From the human T2T-CHM13v2.0 reference genome, Homo sapiens, in NCBI RefSeq assembly GCF_009914755.1, contig NC_060927.1: a DNA stretch of 64,000 nucleotides; one strand, written 5' to 3'. The notes below the pieces were generated by a model, which was not told the DNA's origin, searched no databases, and saw only the letters and a list, made by a program, of their open reading frames with translations. A program made the position numbers and the translations under genes. Positions 1 through 14,289 of the stretch are shown here, piece after piece. Every line of letters begins with the position of its first letter. Position 1 is the stretch's first letter.

Positions 1-1215
1 CCAGTGTCTTGCCCAGTAGATACAAGATAAATATTGCCAGAATCAGATATCAGGAAGTAGTAAGAAAAGGAGTTAATATGCAAACTAAATCACTCGCTCA
101 ATTGAATAATTGAGATCTTCTGTTCATTTGTTCCTTGGACCTTAATCATTTGCATTTTGGAGAAAATTTTTTCTGCTTTAAAAGTCTGTAATTTCAGTTT
201 TTGTGTCGGGGAGAGGGAAAAACTATTTGTCTGTAGTTGCTTTTTGTGACAAAGTGAATACCCACTGGGCTAAGTTTCATATCTAAAGCTTGTCACTAAG
301 AATTTTCATTTTTAGGGGTCAAAAACCTATTTTGAAAATAGTGTTGTGTGAATGCTGTAAGTGTTGTACATGTCTCTGGTTTCAGAATTAAAAGAATTCA
401 GAGTTACCTTGTGAGATAAATGTTCTTTGCTTCATATTCACAGTTTCACCTCCATTTAAATTTATGGGGAAGAATAAATGTTTCCTGACTCAGAAACAAT
501 TTTGCCTCCATATTTCAGTGCAAATATATTTTGAAGTTACTTTTAAATATTTATTTAAAACCTCTGTTTCTGTAACTGTATGTTAAACGTATTCTTCTGT
601 AATGAGAATAGACTGGAACATGTGAGGGAAAAATATTAAAAAAAAGATGGCAGTCATCTAGACATGTAAAATGCCAAGAATGTCTTAGAATTGCACAATT
701 TAGAATTTATAGAGCCTTTAATCACCTTGTCTAGCACCTTGTATTAGTCCATTTTCATGCTGCTGATAAAGACATACCTGAGATTGGGCAATTTACAAAA
801 GAAAGAGGTTTAATGGACTTACAGTTCCACATGACTAAGGAGGCCTCACAATCATGGTGGAAGGCAAAGAGGAGCAAGTCACATCTTACATGGATGGCAG
901 CAGACAAGGAGAGAGAGCTTGTGCAGGGAAACTCCCATTTTTAAAACCATCAGATCTCATGAGGCTTACTATCACGAGAACAGCATGGGAAAGACCTGCC
1001 CCCGTGATTAAATTATTTCCCACCAGGCCCCTCCCACAACATGGAATAATGGGAGATACAAGATATTTGGGTGGAGACACAGAGCCAAACCATATCACAC
1101 CTTAAGGTCATGGTCATATAGCTAGTTATCTTGTAAAACCAATGTTTCTTAGTTCATACTTACAACTGCAATTTCACTTTCATTTAGAAAAGAATAAATG
1201 TTTCTTAATTGAACA
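1..1215 (+). other. DZIP3: Probable terminal 3'UTR/poly(A) region of the upstream gene (DZIP3 by synteny)
   Basis: AT/U-rich non-repetitive sequence with ATTAAA (387-392) and AATAAA (473-478, 1193-1198). Gene name inferred from my recollection that DZIP3 ends about 60 kb before the RETNLB 3' end; no coding sequence seen. Confidence 0.4.
740..1097 (-). mobile_element. THE1-type MaLR solo LTR
   Basis: TGTATTAGTCC...GCCAAACCATATCA termini, with 5-bp TSD CACCT at 735-739 and 1098-1102. Confidence 0.85.
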
Positions 1216-3306
1216 ACTATTTTATCTGTGTATTTCATTATAAGCATATTCTGAAACTACTTGAAATCTTTACTTCAAATGTATCTTTCTGTTTAATTGG
1301 GCTTAAACTTTTTCTACTGTTTTGAGAAACGTTAGGAAAATGGGAAGGAAAATATCCAAGAAGACAGTTATATAGACTTATAAAATGCCACGATTGTTTT
1401 AAAATAACAGAATGCCAAAGCTCATTGGGTCCTTAGTGACATATAATACATTTTCTTATTTTACAGGTATGTTGTACCCAATGCCACATGGCCAGATAGT
1501 GGCTAGGCCAGTCTCAGTACTTGAGGGTCTCTGATGCCTCATCACATGCTTTCTCCACAAACTCATGTTGTAATAGGGTATTGGTGTTGACTTGCCATGC
1601 TTAGCTCCAAGGATGGGGCCAGAGAACTTAATACAATAGTTGGTATATAGGGAGAATGTAGTAGGACAGTGCTCCAGGAAGTTATATTTAATTCTTTAGG
1701 TGCTGAAGGTAATGGGATTATAGTTTTTGATGTATACTTTAACAGTAAAGACAATTGCAGGGGTCATTCTACCACACACAGTGATCACTGTCATGCCTGT
1801 GCCTACTGAGGGATGATCCAGAACACTCCACCCTGCTGAGAAATCCAGTGAGGACCAGAAAGCTCTTAAAGTGGAAATATTTCCATCAAAAACAACCTGA
1901 AAGTATCCGGTAATATCACTGCAGCTGCTGTTAGATGATATGTCTTAGATTTTCCTTCATATTTATTGTCCATGTGTGTAACATTTTATAGCTTCTATGG
2001 GACACCTTCAAATGTGTTTAGTACCTCATTTGATCCATGAATAACTCTGAGGTGAATGTTGTTATGCTTATTTTACAAATGATGAACCTGAGACTCAAGT
2101 AAGAGGGAAATAATTTGTCCGAAGTCATAGGTACAAAGTGGCATTCTGAGATTTGATTGGAGTCCCTTAGCTGGTATTCTCTTCATAGTTGCAGCCTCAC
2201 TTTGGGTTGACTTCGTGCACACAAGAAATACAGTATTTTCTTCCTTTTAAAAAAATTTTATGATAAATTTTATTTTATGATTAATTCAGGGAAGGTAGGC
2301 TTATATTTTACCAGATTCAAAGTTAGCAAGAACCACCTGCATTTATAAAATACTCCTGGAATACCTTATCTGTGAGCCTCGTAGATAAGAATTCTAGGAT
2401 CACAGTAATGTACTATTCTGGTTTATACCCAGATAAAAACAACAAATGAATACTAATTTATTATAAAGATACATAGTTTGATTTTCTTGAGTTGGCAGTT
2501 TTCAGTAACTAGTGCAGATTTGAACATGCTACTTAACAGAACTAATGAGCTCTTGTTCTTAATTATCCTGGACCACCATCACATTACATGATGTATTTAT
2601 AACAATGCATATTCCAATAAGCTGTCTGGGAATCTCCATTTGGAGTAAGTACCACAGGTGTTCTGATGCACATTATATTTTGAAAACAACTGCTATAGTA
2701 GAAAGCAGATTTCTCACTCAGATCTAGGTTTAGATTTTTGAATTCCATATCTAGCATATTGTATGATCATGAAGACATTACTTTTCTCAACCAGTTTCTT
2801 TTCTGGAAAATGGATAAAATGCTACTTGCCTGACTGTTTCATTTTAAATGAACATTTATTAGTTTTCTTTCCCAAAGTAGCAAATGAAATTTCCGTTAGT
2901 CATTCAATCTGTTTACACTTACTCCTTGATCATAAAGTTATTAAAGGTTTTTTATCTTCAACTATCCTTACTAAAGCAAAGAGAGGAAAATATAACCAGT
3001 AGTCCAACTTCTATTTTCACATGGCCCCAAAAATGTTTGAGTGTTAAGTTTATTGCATAAAAAATATCACAATCTCATAACATTTGCTTGATCCATTTAA
3101 ACTACATGAACTTTAATAATTCCTAATACTGCCTAGCAAGGTTGAACAAACTGATAATGATCTAGGAGACTGAAAGTTTTGAAGTTATGTAGGAAAGATA
3201 TCTCCATTTGAGAGGCAAGGACATTAAAGAAGTGATTTGCTCAAGGTCATGCAATGTTTGAGTAGTAAGGTGATTCTAGACTCCTCACATCAAAATCAGT
3301 GTACTC

Positions 3307-3773
3307 TCCATGTGTTTATTGCAGCACTATTTACAATAGCAAAGACTTGGCAAACCCAAATGCCCATCAATGGCAGACTGCATAAAGAAAATGTGGCACA
3401 TATACATCATGGAATACCATGCAGCCATAAAAAAATGAGTTCATGTCCTTTGCAGGGACATGGATGAAGCTGGAAACCATCATTCTCAGCAAACTAACAT
3501 AGGAACAGAAAACCAAACACCGCCTTTTCTCACTCATAAATGGGAGTTGAACAGTGAGAACACAAGGACACAGGGAGGGGAACATCACACACTGTGGCCT
3601 GTTGGAGGGTGGAGGGCAAGGGAACGGAGAGCATTAGGACAAATCCCTAATGCATGTGGGGCTTAAAAACTTAGATGACGGGTTGATAGGTGTAGCAAAC
3701 CACCATGGCACATGAATACCTATGAAACAAACCTACACGTTCTGCACACGCATCCCAGAACTTAAAGTAAAAT
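3307..3773 (+). mobile_element. 5'-truncated L1PA 3' end
   Basis: ORF2 C-terminal-like peptide [12 protein letters not shown] plus L1 3'UTR; TSD AATCAGTGTACTC at 3294-3306 and 3774-3786. Confidence 0.9.
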
Positions 3774-6061
3774 AATCAGTGTACTCCCCACAACACCATT
3801 TTGCCTTAAAAAAAAAAAAAAAAAAAAAAAAAAACAAATGAAACTATTTGAAAACCACTAAATTATTTCTCTGGGTAAATATGGAAGCAAAATAAGATTA
3901 AAATAGTCATCACAAGGAGACATTGTTCTAGCTCAGAATAAAGCTGAATTTACAGTATTGTTACATCAAGGTTGATAGTATTTGATTAATACTTCAAAAG
4001 AGCAAAGACCAGATTCTTCATCTTTTCAATTTCAAACATTATGTTGGTGTTTAGAGCATATCTCCAGGATTGTATCTTTTTTTTTTTAACCGTGAAATGT
4101 AACAACCACAATAAGGATTCTAACATCACAAGAACACACCTCCGCAGTATGAATAATCTCTGTCAGTGCACTAACTCGACTCAGAGAAAATAGCAATGGT
4201 ATAGGAAACTGTCACCATGGACCTTTGACATCTCCCTTGAAAATACTATGTGCCAAAAGGAAGGGCTAATTACAAGAAATAGTTGTAAAGTTTTGCATTA
4301 TTCTAATCTAAGGAAAACTAAGTCTGAAGGCCTATGACAAGAGCCATTCCTCAGCAACTAAAGGTGAAATATTTCAAGTAAGAAAAGTAGATTGTTTTAA
4401 TAAATTATGAACATATTCACAACATTATCAGATCATTACAAAATAAACCTAAACAGACATTCAAACCAATATTTATTTATTGGATATGTTTTTTAAAAGC
4501 CAGAAACTTTTAATTGTTAATTTTTGCATACATAATAGGTGCATATATTTATGGGGTACATGAGATACTAAACATAGTCCTTTGTTTAAGCATGCAATGC
4601 ATAATAATTTCATCATGGTAAATGGGTTATCCATCCTCTCAAGCATCTATCCTTTCTGTTACAAACAATCCAAATATACTCTTTTAGTTATATTAAAATG
4701 TAGTTATTGACTATAGTTGCCCTGTTTTGTTATCAAATACTAGGTCTTATTCATTCTCTCTATTTTTTGTACCTATTAACCATCCCCACTTTTTCCCCCA
4801 CCAGATACCACATTACCCTTCCCAGCCTCTGGTAACCATCCTGCTATTCTCTATCTCTATGAATTCAATTGTTTTAATTTTTAGCCCCCACAAATAAGTG
4901 AGATCATGCAATGTTTGTTTTTCTATGCCTGGCTTATTTCACTTAACATAATGACCTCCAGTTCCACCCATGTTGTTGCAAATGACAGGATCTCATTCTT
5001 TTTTGTAGTTGAACAGTACTCCATTGTGTATATGCCACATTTTCTTTCTGCATTCATCTGTCGATGAACACTTAGGTTGCTTTCAAATCTTGGCTTTTGT
5101 GAACAGTGCTGCAACAAATATGGAAATGCAGATATCTCTTTAATATACTGATTTCTTTTTTTGTGGTATATACTCAGCAGTGAGATTGCTGTATCATATG
5201 GTAGCTCAATGTTTAATTTTTTGAGGAACCTGCAAACTGCTTTCCAAGTGGTTGTACTAATTTAAATTGCCACCAACAGTATATGAGGGTTCCCTTTTCT
5301 CCACATCCTCTCCAGCATTTATTATTGCCTGTCTTTTGGAGAAAAGCCATTTTAACTGTGGTGAGATAGCATCTCATTGTAGTTTTGATTTACATATTTT
5401 CTGATTATCTGTTTGCCATTTGTACATCTTCTTTTGAGAAATATCTATTCAGATGTTTTGCCCATTTTTAAATTGGATTATTAGATTTGTTCTTGTAGAG
5501 TTGTTGACCTCCTTATATATTCTGATTATTAATCTCTTGTCAAATAGGTAGTTTGCAAATATTTTCTCCCATCCTATGGGTTGCCTCTTCACTTTGTTGA
5601 TTGTGTCTATTGTTGTGCAGAAGCTTTTTAACTTGATGTGATCCTATTTGTCCATTTTTGCTTTGGCTGCCTGTGCTGTGGAGTATTCCTTAAGAAATCT
5701 TTGCCCACACCAGTGTCCTGGAGCGTTTCCCCAATTTTTTTTTTTTTTTTTGGTAGTAGTTTCATAGTTTGAGGTCTTAGATTTAACTATTTAATCCATT
5801 TTGATTTGATTTTTATATATGGTGAGAGATAATGGTCTATTTTCATTCTTCTGCATATGGATATCCAGTTTTCCCAGCACCATTTATTGAAAAGACTGTT
5901 CTTTTCCCAGTGTATATTCTTGGAGCCTTCATCGAAAATGAGGTCACTGTAGGTATATGGATTTGTTTCGGGGTTCTGTATTCTGTTCCATCGGTTTATG
6001 TGTCTGTTTTTTATGCCAGTATTATGTTGTTTTCATTACTATAGCTCTGTAGTACAATTAG

Positions 6062-6382
<321 letters not shown>

Positions 6383-9300
6383 AGTTTTGTACATTTTTTT
6401 GAAGATAGGTGTGACTATTCTGGGTCTTTTATGGTTTCACATAAATCCTAGGATTGTTTTTTCTTATTTCTCTGAAAATGTCATTGGTATTTCGATAGGG
6501 GTTGCATTGAATCTGTAGATTGTTTTGGGTAGTGTGGACATTTTAACAATTGATTCTTCCAATCCATGAACATGGAATATCTTTCCATTTTTTGGTGTCC
6601 TCTTCAATTTCCTTTACTGGTGTTTTATAGTTGTCATTGTAGAGATCTTTCACTTTGCTTAATTTCTAGGTATTTAATTCGATTTGTGGCAGTTGTAAAT
6701 GGGATTACTTTCTTGATTTCTTTTCCACGTTGTTTACTATTGGCAAATAGAAATGCTACTCACTGACTTTTGCATGTTGATTTTGTGTCCTGCAACCTTA
6801 CAAATTTGTTTATCAGGTCTAATAGTTTCTTGGTAGTATTTTTAGGTTTTTCCAAATATAAGATTATATCATTTGCAAACAAGGATGATTTGACTTCTTC
6901 CTTTCCAATTTGCCCTTTAGTTCTTTCTGTTGTCTGATTGCTCTAGGTAGGACTTCCAGTACTATGTTGAATAACAGTGATGAAAGTGGGCATCCTTGTC
7001 TTGTTCCAGATCTTAGAGGAAAGGCTTTCAGTTTTTCTCCATTCAGTATAAGACTAACTGTGGGTTTGTCATATATGGCTTTTATTATGTCAAGATATTA
7101 ATATGTTTATTCTATACCCAGGTTCTTAAAGGTTTTTTTTTAAATCATGAAATGATGTTGAATTTCATCGAATATTTTTTCAACATTAATTGAAATGATC
7201 ATGGCTTTTGACCTTCATTCTGTTGATATGATGCGTTATCATTGATTGATTTGTGTATGTTGAGCCATGCTTGCATCCCTGGGATAAATCTCACTTGATC
7301 ATGATGAATGATCCTTTTAATGTATTGTTGCATTCGGTTTGCTAGTATTATGTTGAGGATTTTTGCATAAGTATTCATCAGGGATATTGGCTGTAGTTTT
7401 CTTCTTCCTTTTATTGATATGTCTTTCTCTGGTTTTGGTATCAGGGTAATACTGGCCTTGTTGAATGAATATGGAAGTATTCCCTCGTCCTCTATTTTTT
7501 GAAATAGTTTGAGTAGGGTTGGTGTTAGTTTTTTAAATGTTTGGTAGAATTCAGCAATGAAGCCATCAAGTCCTGGGCTTTTCTTTATTGGGAGCTTTTT
7601 ATTACAGCTTTGATCTGTTACTTAGTGTGTTCACGTTTTGGATTTCTTCATTGTTTAATCTTGGGAGGTTATATGTGTCTAGGAATTTATCCATTTCCTC
7701 TAGATTTTCTAATGTGTTGGCATATAATTGCTCATCGTAGCCACTAATAATCCTTTGAATTTCTGTAGTATCAGTTGTAATGTCTCTTTTTTCATCTTCG
7801 ATTTTATTTATTTGGGTCTTCTCTCTCATTTTCTTTAGTCTGGCTAAAGGTTTGTCAGTTTTGTTTATCTTTTCAAAGAACCGACTTTTCCCTTTGATCA
7901 TTTGTATTAACTTCTTCAATTTCATTTATTTCTGCTCTGATCTTTCTTATTTTTTACTACTAATTTTGGGTTTGGTTTGCTCTTGCTTTTCTAGTTCTTT
8001 AAGATGCAGCATTAGATTATTTACTTGAAGTTTTTTTTTTTCTTTTCTTTTTTGAGGTAGGCATTTACAGGTATAAATTTCCCACTTAGTACTGATTTTG
8101 CTGTATCTCATAGGTTTTGGTATGTTGTGTTTCCATTTTCATTTGTTTCAAGAAACATTTTAATTTCCTTCTAAATTTTTTAATTGACCCACTCATCAGT
8201 CAGGAGCATATTGTTTAATTTTCATGTGTTTGTATAGTTTCTAAATTTTCTCTTGTTACTTATTTCTATTTTATTTCATTGTGGTCAGATATTATTTGAT
8301 ATTATTTTAATTTTTTAAATGTTTTAAGACTTGCTTTGTAACCTAACATATGGTCTATCCTTGAGAATTATTCATGTGCTGAGGAGAAGAATGTGTACTC
8401 TGCAGCCTTTAGATGAAGTGTTCTGTAAATATCTATTAGGTCCATTTGTTCCATAGTCCAGATTAAGTCCAATGTTTCTTTGTTGATTTTCTGTCTGGAA
8501 GACCTGTCCAATGTTGAAAGGAGTGTTGAAGTTTCAAGCTATTATTGTATTGAAGTCTATCTCTCTCTTTAGCTCTTATAATATTAGCTTTATATATCTG
8601 GGTGCTCCAGTATTGGGTGCATATATATTTACAATTGTTATGTCCTCTTGCTGAACTGACCCCTTTATTATTACATAATGACCTTCTTTGTCCTTTCTTA
8701 CAGTTTTTGCCTTAAAATCTGCTACCTGATATAAGTATAGCTACTCCTGCTCTTTTTTTAAAAATTCCCATTGGCATGGGATATCTTTTTCCATCCCAAT
8801 ATTTTCAGTCTGTGTATATCTTCATAGGTGAAGCATGTTGCTTGTAACCAACAGATCATTGGGTCTTTTTTTTTTTTTTTTCAAATCCATTGAGCCACTC
8901 TATGTCTTTTGATTGGAGAGTTTAGTCCACTTACATTCAATGTTATTATTGATAGGGACTTACTCCTGCCATTTTGTTGTTTTCTGATTGTTTCATGGTT
9001 TTCTTTTCTTTTCCTTTTTTCCTTCCTATATTTCCTTTTAGTGAAGGTGATTTTCTCCGGTGATATGTTTCTTGCTTTTTATTTTTTTGTGTATTCATCA
9101 TGTTTTTAGATTTGAGGTTGCCATGAGGCTTGAAAAGAATATCTTATAACCCATTATTTTAAACTGATGACAACTTAACACTGATTGCATAAACAGACAA
9201 ACAACCAAGAGAAAACTAACAAAAACTCTACACTTTGTCCCCCTATGTTTTACTTTTTTATTATTTCTCTTTATATCTTATTGTATTGACTATGTCTTGA

Positions 9301-10093
9301 AAAGTTGTTGTAGTTATTATTTTTTATTGGTTCATCATTTAGTCTTTTTACTTGAGTAGTTTACATACCACAATTACAGTGTTATAATATTCTGTGTTTT
9401 TCTGTGTGCTTACTATTATCAGTGAGTTTTGTACCTTCGGATGATTTCTTATTGGTCATTAATGCCTGTTTCTTTCAGATTGAAGAACTCTGATTTGCAT
9501 TTCTTGTAGGACAGGTCTGGTGTTTAGCATTTCTTATAGGACAGGTCTCAGCTTTTGTTTCTCTGGGAAAGTACTTATTGCTTCTTCATGCTTGAGAGAT
9601 ATTTTTACTGGGTATACTATTCTAGGGTAAAAGTCTTTTTCCTTCAGCACTTTAGATATGTCATGTCCCTCTTTCCTGGCCTGTAATGTTTGCACTGAAA
9701 AGTCTGCTGCCAGATATATTGTAGTTTGATTGTATGTTACTTATTTCTTTTCTCTTGCTGCCTTAGGATCCTTTCTTTATCCTTAACTTTTGGGAGTTTA
9801 TTAAATGACTTAAGGTAACCTTTTTGAGTTAAATATGCTTGGTGTTCTATAACCTTCTTGTACTTTAATATTGATATCATTCTCTAGGTTTGGGACATTC
9901 TCTAATATTATCCCTTTGAACAAACTTTCTACATCTATCTCTGTCTCTGCCTCCTCTTTAAGGCCAATAACTCCTAGATTTGCTTTTTTGAGGCTATCTT
10001 GCAGGCATGCTTCATTGTTTTCTTTTGTCTCCTCTGACTGTATTTTCAAATGGCCTGTCTTTAAGCTCATCAATTCTTTCTTTTGCATGATCA

Positions 10094-10205
10094 CTACTCG
10101 CGTGAACCCGGGAAGCGGAGCTTGCAGTGAGCCGAGATTGTGCCACTGCAGTCCACAGTCCGGCCTGGGCAACAGAGCGAGACTCCGTCTCAAAAAAAAA
10201 AAAAA
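10094..10205 (+). mobile_element. 5'-truncated AluYb8-type fragment
   Basis: Yb-lineage 7-bp duplication GCAGTCCACAGTCCGGCCTGGG, plus GGAAGCGG and GAGATTG diagnostics, and an A-tail. Confidence 0.8.
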
Positions 10206-10619
10206 GAGACTCTGATGCATTCTTCAGTCATTCTTCAGTATGTCAGTTGCATTTTTAAACTGAATTTCTGCTTGATTCTTTTTAATTATTTCAATCTTTG
10301 TTAAATTTATTGAGTAGAATTCTGAAATATTCTCTGTGTCATCTTGAATTTCATTGAGTTTCCTCAAAACAGCTATTTTGAATTCTCTGTCTGAAAGGTC
10401 ACATATCTCTGTTTCTCCAGGATTGGTCCCTGGTGCCTTAGTTTTTTGTTGTTGTTTTGTTTTTTGTTTTTTTGTGTGAGGTCATGTTTTCCTGGATAGT
10501 CTTGATGCTTGTGGATTTTCATCATTGTCTACTCTTTGGGCATTGAAGAGTTAGGTATTTATTGCAGTATTTGTAGTTTGGGCGTGTTGTGCCCATCCTT
10601 CTTGGGAAGGCTTTTCAGG

Positions 10620-10802
10620 TGTATTAGTCCATTCTCTCATTGCAATAAAGAACTACCTGAGACTGGAGATGGAGCTTGCAGTGAGCCAAGATCACACCAC
10701 TGCACTCCAGCCTGGGTGACAGAGTGAGACTCCATCTCAAAAAAAAAAAAAAACAAAAAACAAAAAACAAAAAACAAAAAACAAAACAAAACAAAAAAAA
10801 AC
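10620..10802. mobile_element. MaLR LTR end fragment fused to an Alu right-arm fragment with A-rich tail
   Basis: TGTATTAGTCCATTCTC...GAGACTGG followed directly by GGAGCTTGCAGTGAGCC...CTC(A)n. Confidence 0.7.
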
Positions 10803-11329
10803 AGTCTATACTGTAGGTTGCTTTTTCTCCTCAATGCATTTTCATATTCAAGGCTCAGGGCACAGATGCTGAAAAGAAAGCAACTACATATTACTTGAGG
10901 AAGAACTGGATTAGGGAGGAAAAAAATGGAGTTCATGGTGAATAAGATATTCAGAACCTAAGGTGCTAATGTTCCAGAGACAAAAGAACCATAGAGAAGT
11001 GAGAGTGACACTCTTCATGCATTTCCCCCTTGAAGCATTTGCCAATTCCTAAGCTGTACCTATGCCAGCCAAGCAGCCAGAAAACAGTTGCTAAGAGGTG
11101 AAAAGTCAAAGCTGAGATTTAGGCTTCATTGTCACCCTGGAGAGAAAATTGGAGCTCAGGTTCATAAATGCCAGACATTCCATTGAGACCCTGAAAGTTT
11201 CATGGGTATGGACAAACCAGAGAAAGGCCAGGCTTGATTAGATCAAGGTGATTTGCTCATGTTCTACCTGCTTGCTAAAGAGGAATAAATATCTTTAGAG
11301 GAAGATAGTCATAATCCAGAATTTCCTCA

Positions 11330-13330
11330 ATTTTTTACTAGGTGATGACTGGCATTCAACAACAAAAAATTACTAAGTGTGTTAAGAAAAAGAACTAAAT
11401 GACAGAAAACTAAGAGAAACAACAGATAATAAGACCCAGAGATATTCCAAACATTGAAGTTATGAGAAAAAAACCTCTAAAATAACTATGACTAATATAT
11501 TTAAGAAGACAGATGAAAAGATTGAAGTTTTTAAAAATAATGAAATTTAAATCAAAAACTAAAAAGTATAATGTTTAAGAGGTGGGTTTAGACACAGTAG
11601 AAGAGATGATTAGTGAATGGGAAGATATGGCAGTAGAAAATATCCAGGCTAAAGCTTAGAGAACCAAAAAAAAAATGCAAAAAATGAGTAACAGTGAAAA
11701 TGTTAACCTAAATGTAACTGGATCCACAGACATAAAGGCAAGAGAATGGGTCAGTAATCTCATTTGAAGATATATTAACTACGACTTTTCCCAACTGACC
11801 AAAAACAATCAAGTCATAGACTGGATAAACGATTCAAATGACAAGTAGCATTTGAGGAAGAAGCCACTGTCTACACCACCATACTCAGCAACATCATAGA
11901 TAAACCTCTGGAAAAATAAGACCTCTTGAAGTATTTCAGATTCTAAAGGAACAACAATTAAATTGACAGCTAATTTTCCACAAGAAAAAAGATAGTGCAA
12001 TGGTGTCTTTAAATGCTGAAAGATAATAACTGCCAATTTAGAATTCTATTTCCAGTAAATATATCCCTCAGAAATGAGGATGGATCAATGCCTCTTAGAC
12101 AAACATATAAACTAAATTTATTGCCCACAGAACCACATTAAAAATACACCTAGGGAACTATTCAGGTAGGAAAAAAAATGTGCTCAAATGGAACCATATG
12201 AATGTAGGAAGGAATGAAGAGCACCTGAAGGGGAAAACAAAGAATTGAACCTACATTAACATAGAATGCTTAAAGCAACAGCAAAAATACCTTACAAGGT
12301 TTAAAATAAACATTAATTAAAATCTGTGAATACAATAAAAAAATAGGGGTCATAAATGATTTTAAATGTTCTAGATTCTTAACATTACTCAGGACATGGT
12401 AAAAGTACTAAATATAGACCAAATAAGTCAGTATGCATGTTATCTTCAGGGTAACTGCCTAAAATTATAAAAATTATAAAAAGAGACTATATTACTATCA
12501 GGTTAATAGAAAGAAAAATATAATAATAAAATAATTACACCAGAAGAAGTCGAGAAAGAACAACAAAAAAAGAACAACACAAAAGACAAATATAATATAC
12601 ATAGTAATATAGTAGATTTAAATGCAAATACACTCATGTGTCACTAAATGATGGAGAAACATATTCTGAGAAATGTGTGATTAGGCGATTTTATTGTGTA
12701 AATGTTATAGAGTCTACTTATACAAACTTAGATGGTATAGCCTACTACATACCTAAGCTATATAGTGTAGCTTATTGCTCCTAAGCTACAAACTTGTATG
12801 GCGTGTTATTGTGCTGAATACTAAAGGCAATTATAACACGATGATAAGTATTTGTCTATTAAAACACTTGTAAACATAGAAAAGGTACAGTAAAAATACG
12901 ATATTACAATCTTATGCATATACTGTTGTATATGCAGTCCATCGTTGACTGAAACATCATTATGTGGCACATGACTACATATTAGTAGTTAAATTAAATA
13001 ACAGTGGCCTAAAATTTCCAATTGAAAGATAAGAATTGTCAGCTCAGATTATAAAAATAAAAACAAACAAGCAAAAACAATTTTTATTGTGAAGAGAGAT
13101 CTTTAATATAAAAACATGGAAATGTTGAAATTAAAAGTATGGAAAAAGTTACAGGTAAACACTAGTCTAAATAAGCTTGAGATAGCTACACAGGAGATAG
13201 ACCTATCTTCAATTTGGGAACGTGTAATAACAAAGTAATCATTAAAAGTGACATAATTTAAAGGAGAAATAGATGAATTCATAATTATCGTGAGATATTT
13301 CACATACCACTTATCCCCATGTGACATGAT
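11330..13330 (+). mobile_element. Degraded ancient L1M (ORF1 to ORF2-start region)
   Basis: A-rich L1-like segments such as AGAATTCTATTTCCAGTAAATATATCC and GGAGAAATAGATGAATTCATAATTATCGTGAGATATTTC. Confidence 0.55.
12631..12977. mobile_element. Tigger3/MER7-type DNA transposon relic
   Basis: Degenerate TIRs CACTCATGTGTCACTAAATGA...TCATTATGTGGCACATGACTA and the internal TTCTGAGAAATGTGTGATTAGGCGATTT motif. Confidence 0.7.
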
Positions 13331-14289
13331 TTCAAGTCTTTTAACCATCCTGCTTCTCTAGTTGGTCAATAAACTCATAAGATGTGACACTGCCTCATCT
13401 GCCTTCTACTTGTTCTCATTGATAACCAAATCGAAGTGGTTCGCTCTTATTCACCAGTCAAATAGCCTCTTCCATTAAGATTTGTAGAGCCTATATTATT
13501 TTGAAATTTTGAAGTTATTTAATCCTGATGCTCCAATTCTTAGGATATGTTTCCTTCTTCTAAGTGTATTCTAATTGAGCCATTGTTTCCATCATCTTCT
13601 CCATCAGTTGTCTACTCACACCCAAAGAGATAAATTCAGTCATTGGGTTCATGAATGAAGAGTGGATAATCACCTGTGACCAGTGTACCATTCACATATA
13701 AAGCACTGTCTACTGAGTATAACATGCAATAATTGTGATAGGCTAATTCTCAGAGCTTTTTCAGTCTGTGACAAAACGGGCCAGTCAAGAAGATGACAAA
13801 AGATAGGACTAGCCAGAGCTAGGATTGGGTATACTGACCTCACTATGAGGCTATCTCTAGGCTTAAAGAGGTTTACATTTTTGTACCCAGTATTTACACA
13901 GCTAAGATTTTTTAATGAGGAAATAAGAGTATAGAGAAGAAATTTATATAGGATAACTAGTCTCATTAGTAAAAAAGAGAAAACTTTCTCAATAGCTAGC
14001 TAGAGTGAAATTTTGCTTCCAGGCAAGATAGAGTAACAGGACTGAATTTGCCCTCCTGCCCAATAAAACAAAACAAACAAATAGACAAAAATATATTAAA
14101 CAGTGGGATATCTCTAGAATATTGAACTGTAAGCAATGTAGGACAATGATCCCTGACAGATGAGAAACAAATAGGGTAAACTCTCTAATTTCCCCATCTT
14201 TCTGCATAATTTCCAAGCTGTGCTGTGTGGGAAGAGGAAGCCTAGACAGGGCCTGTTAAACTCCCTGCTTGAGTGAATGGAGCTTGTAG

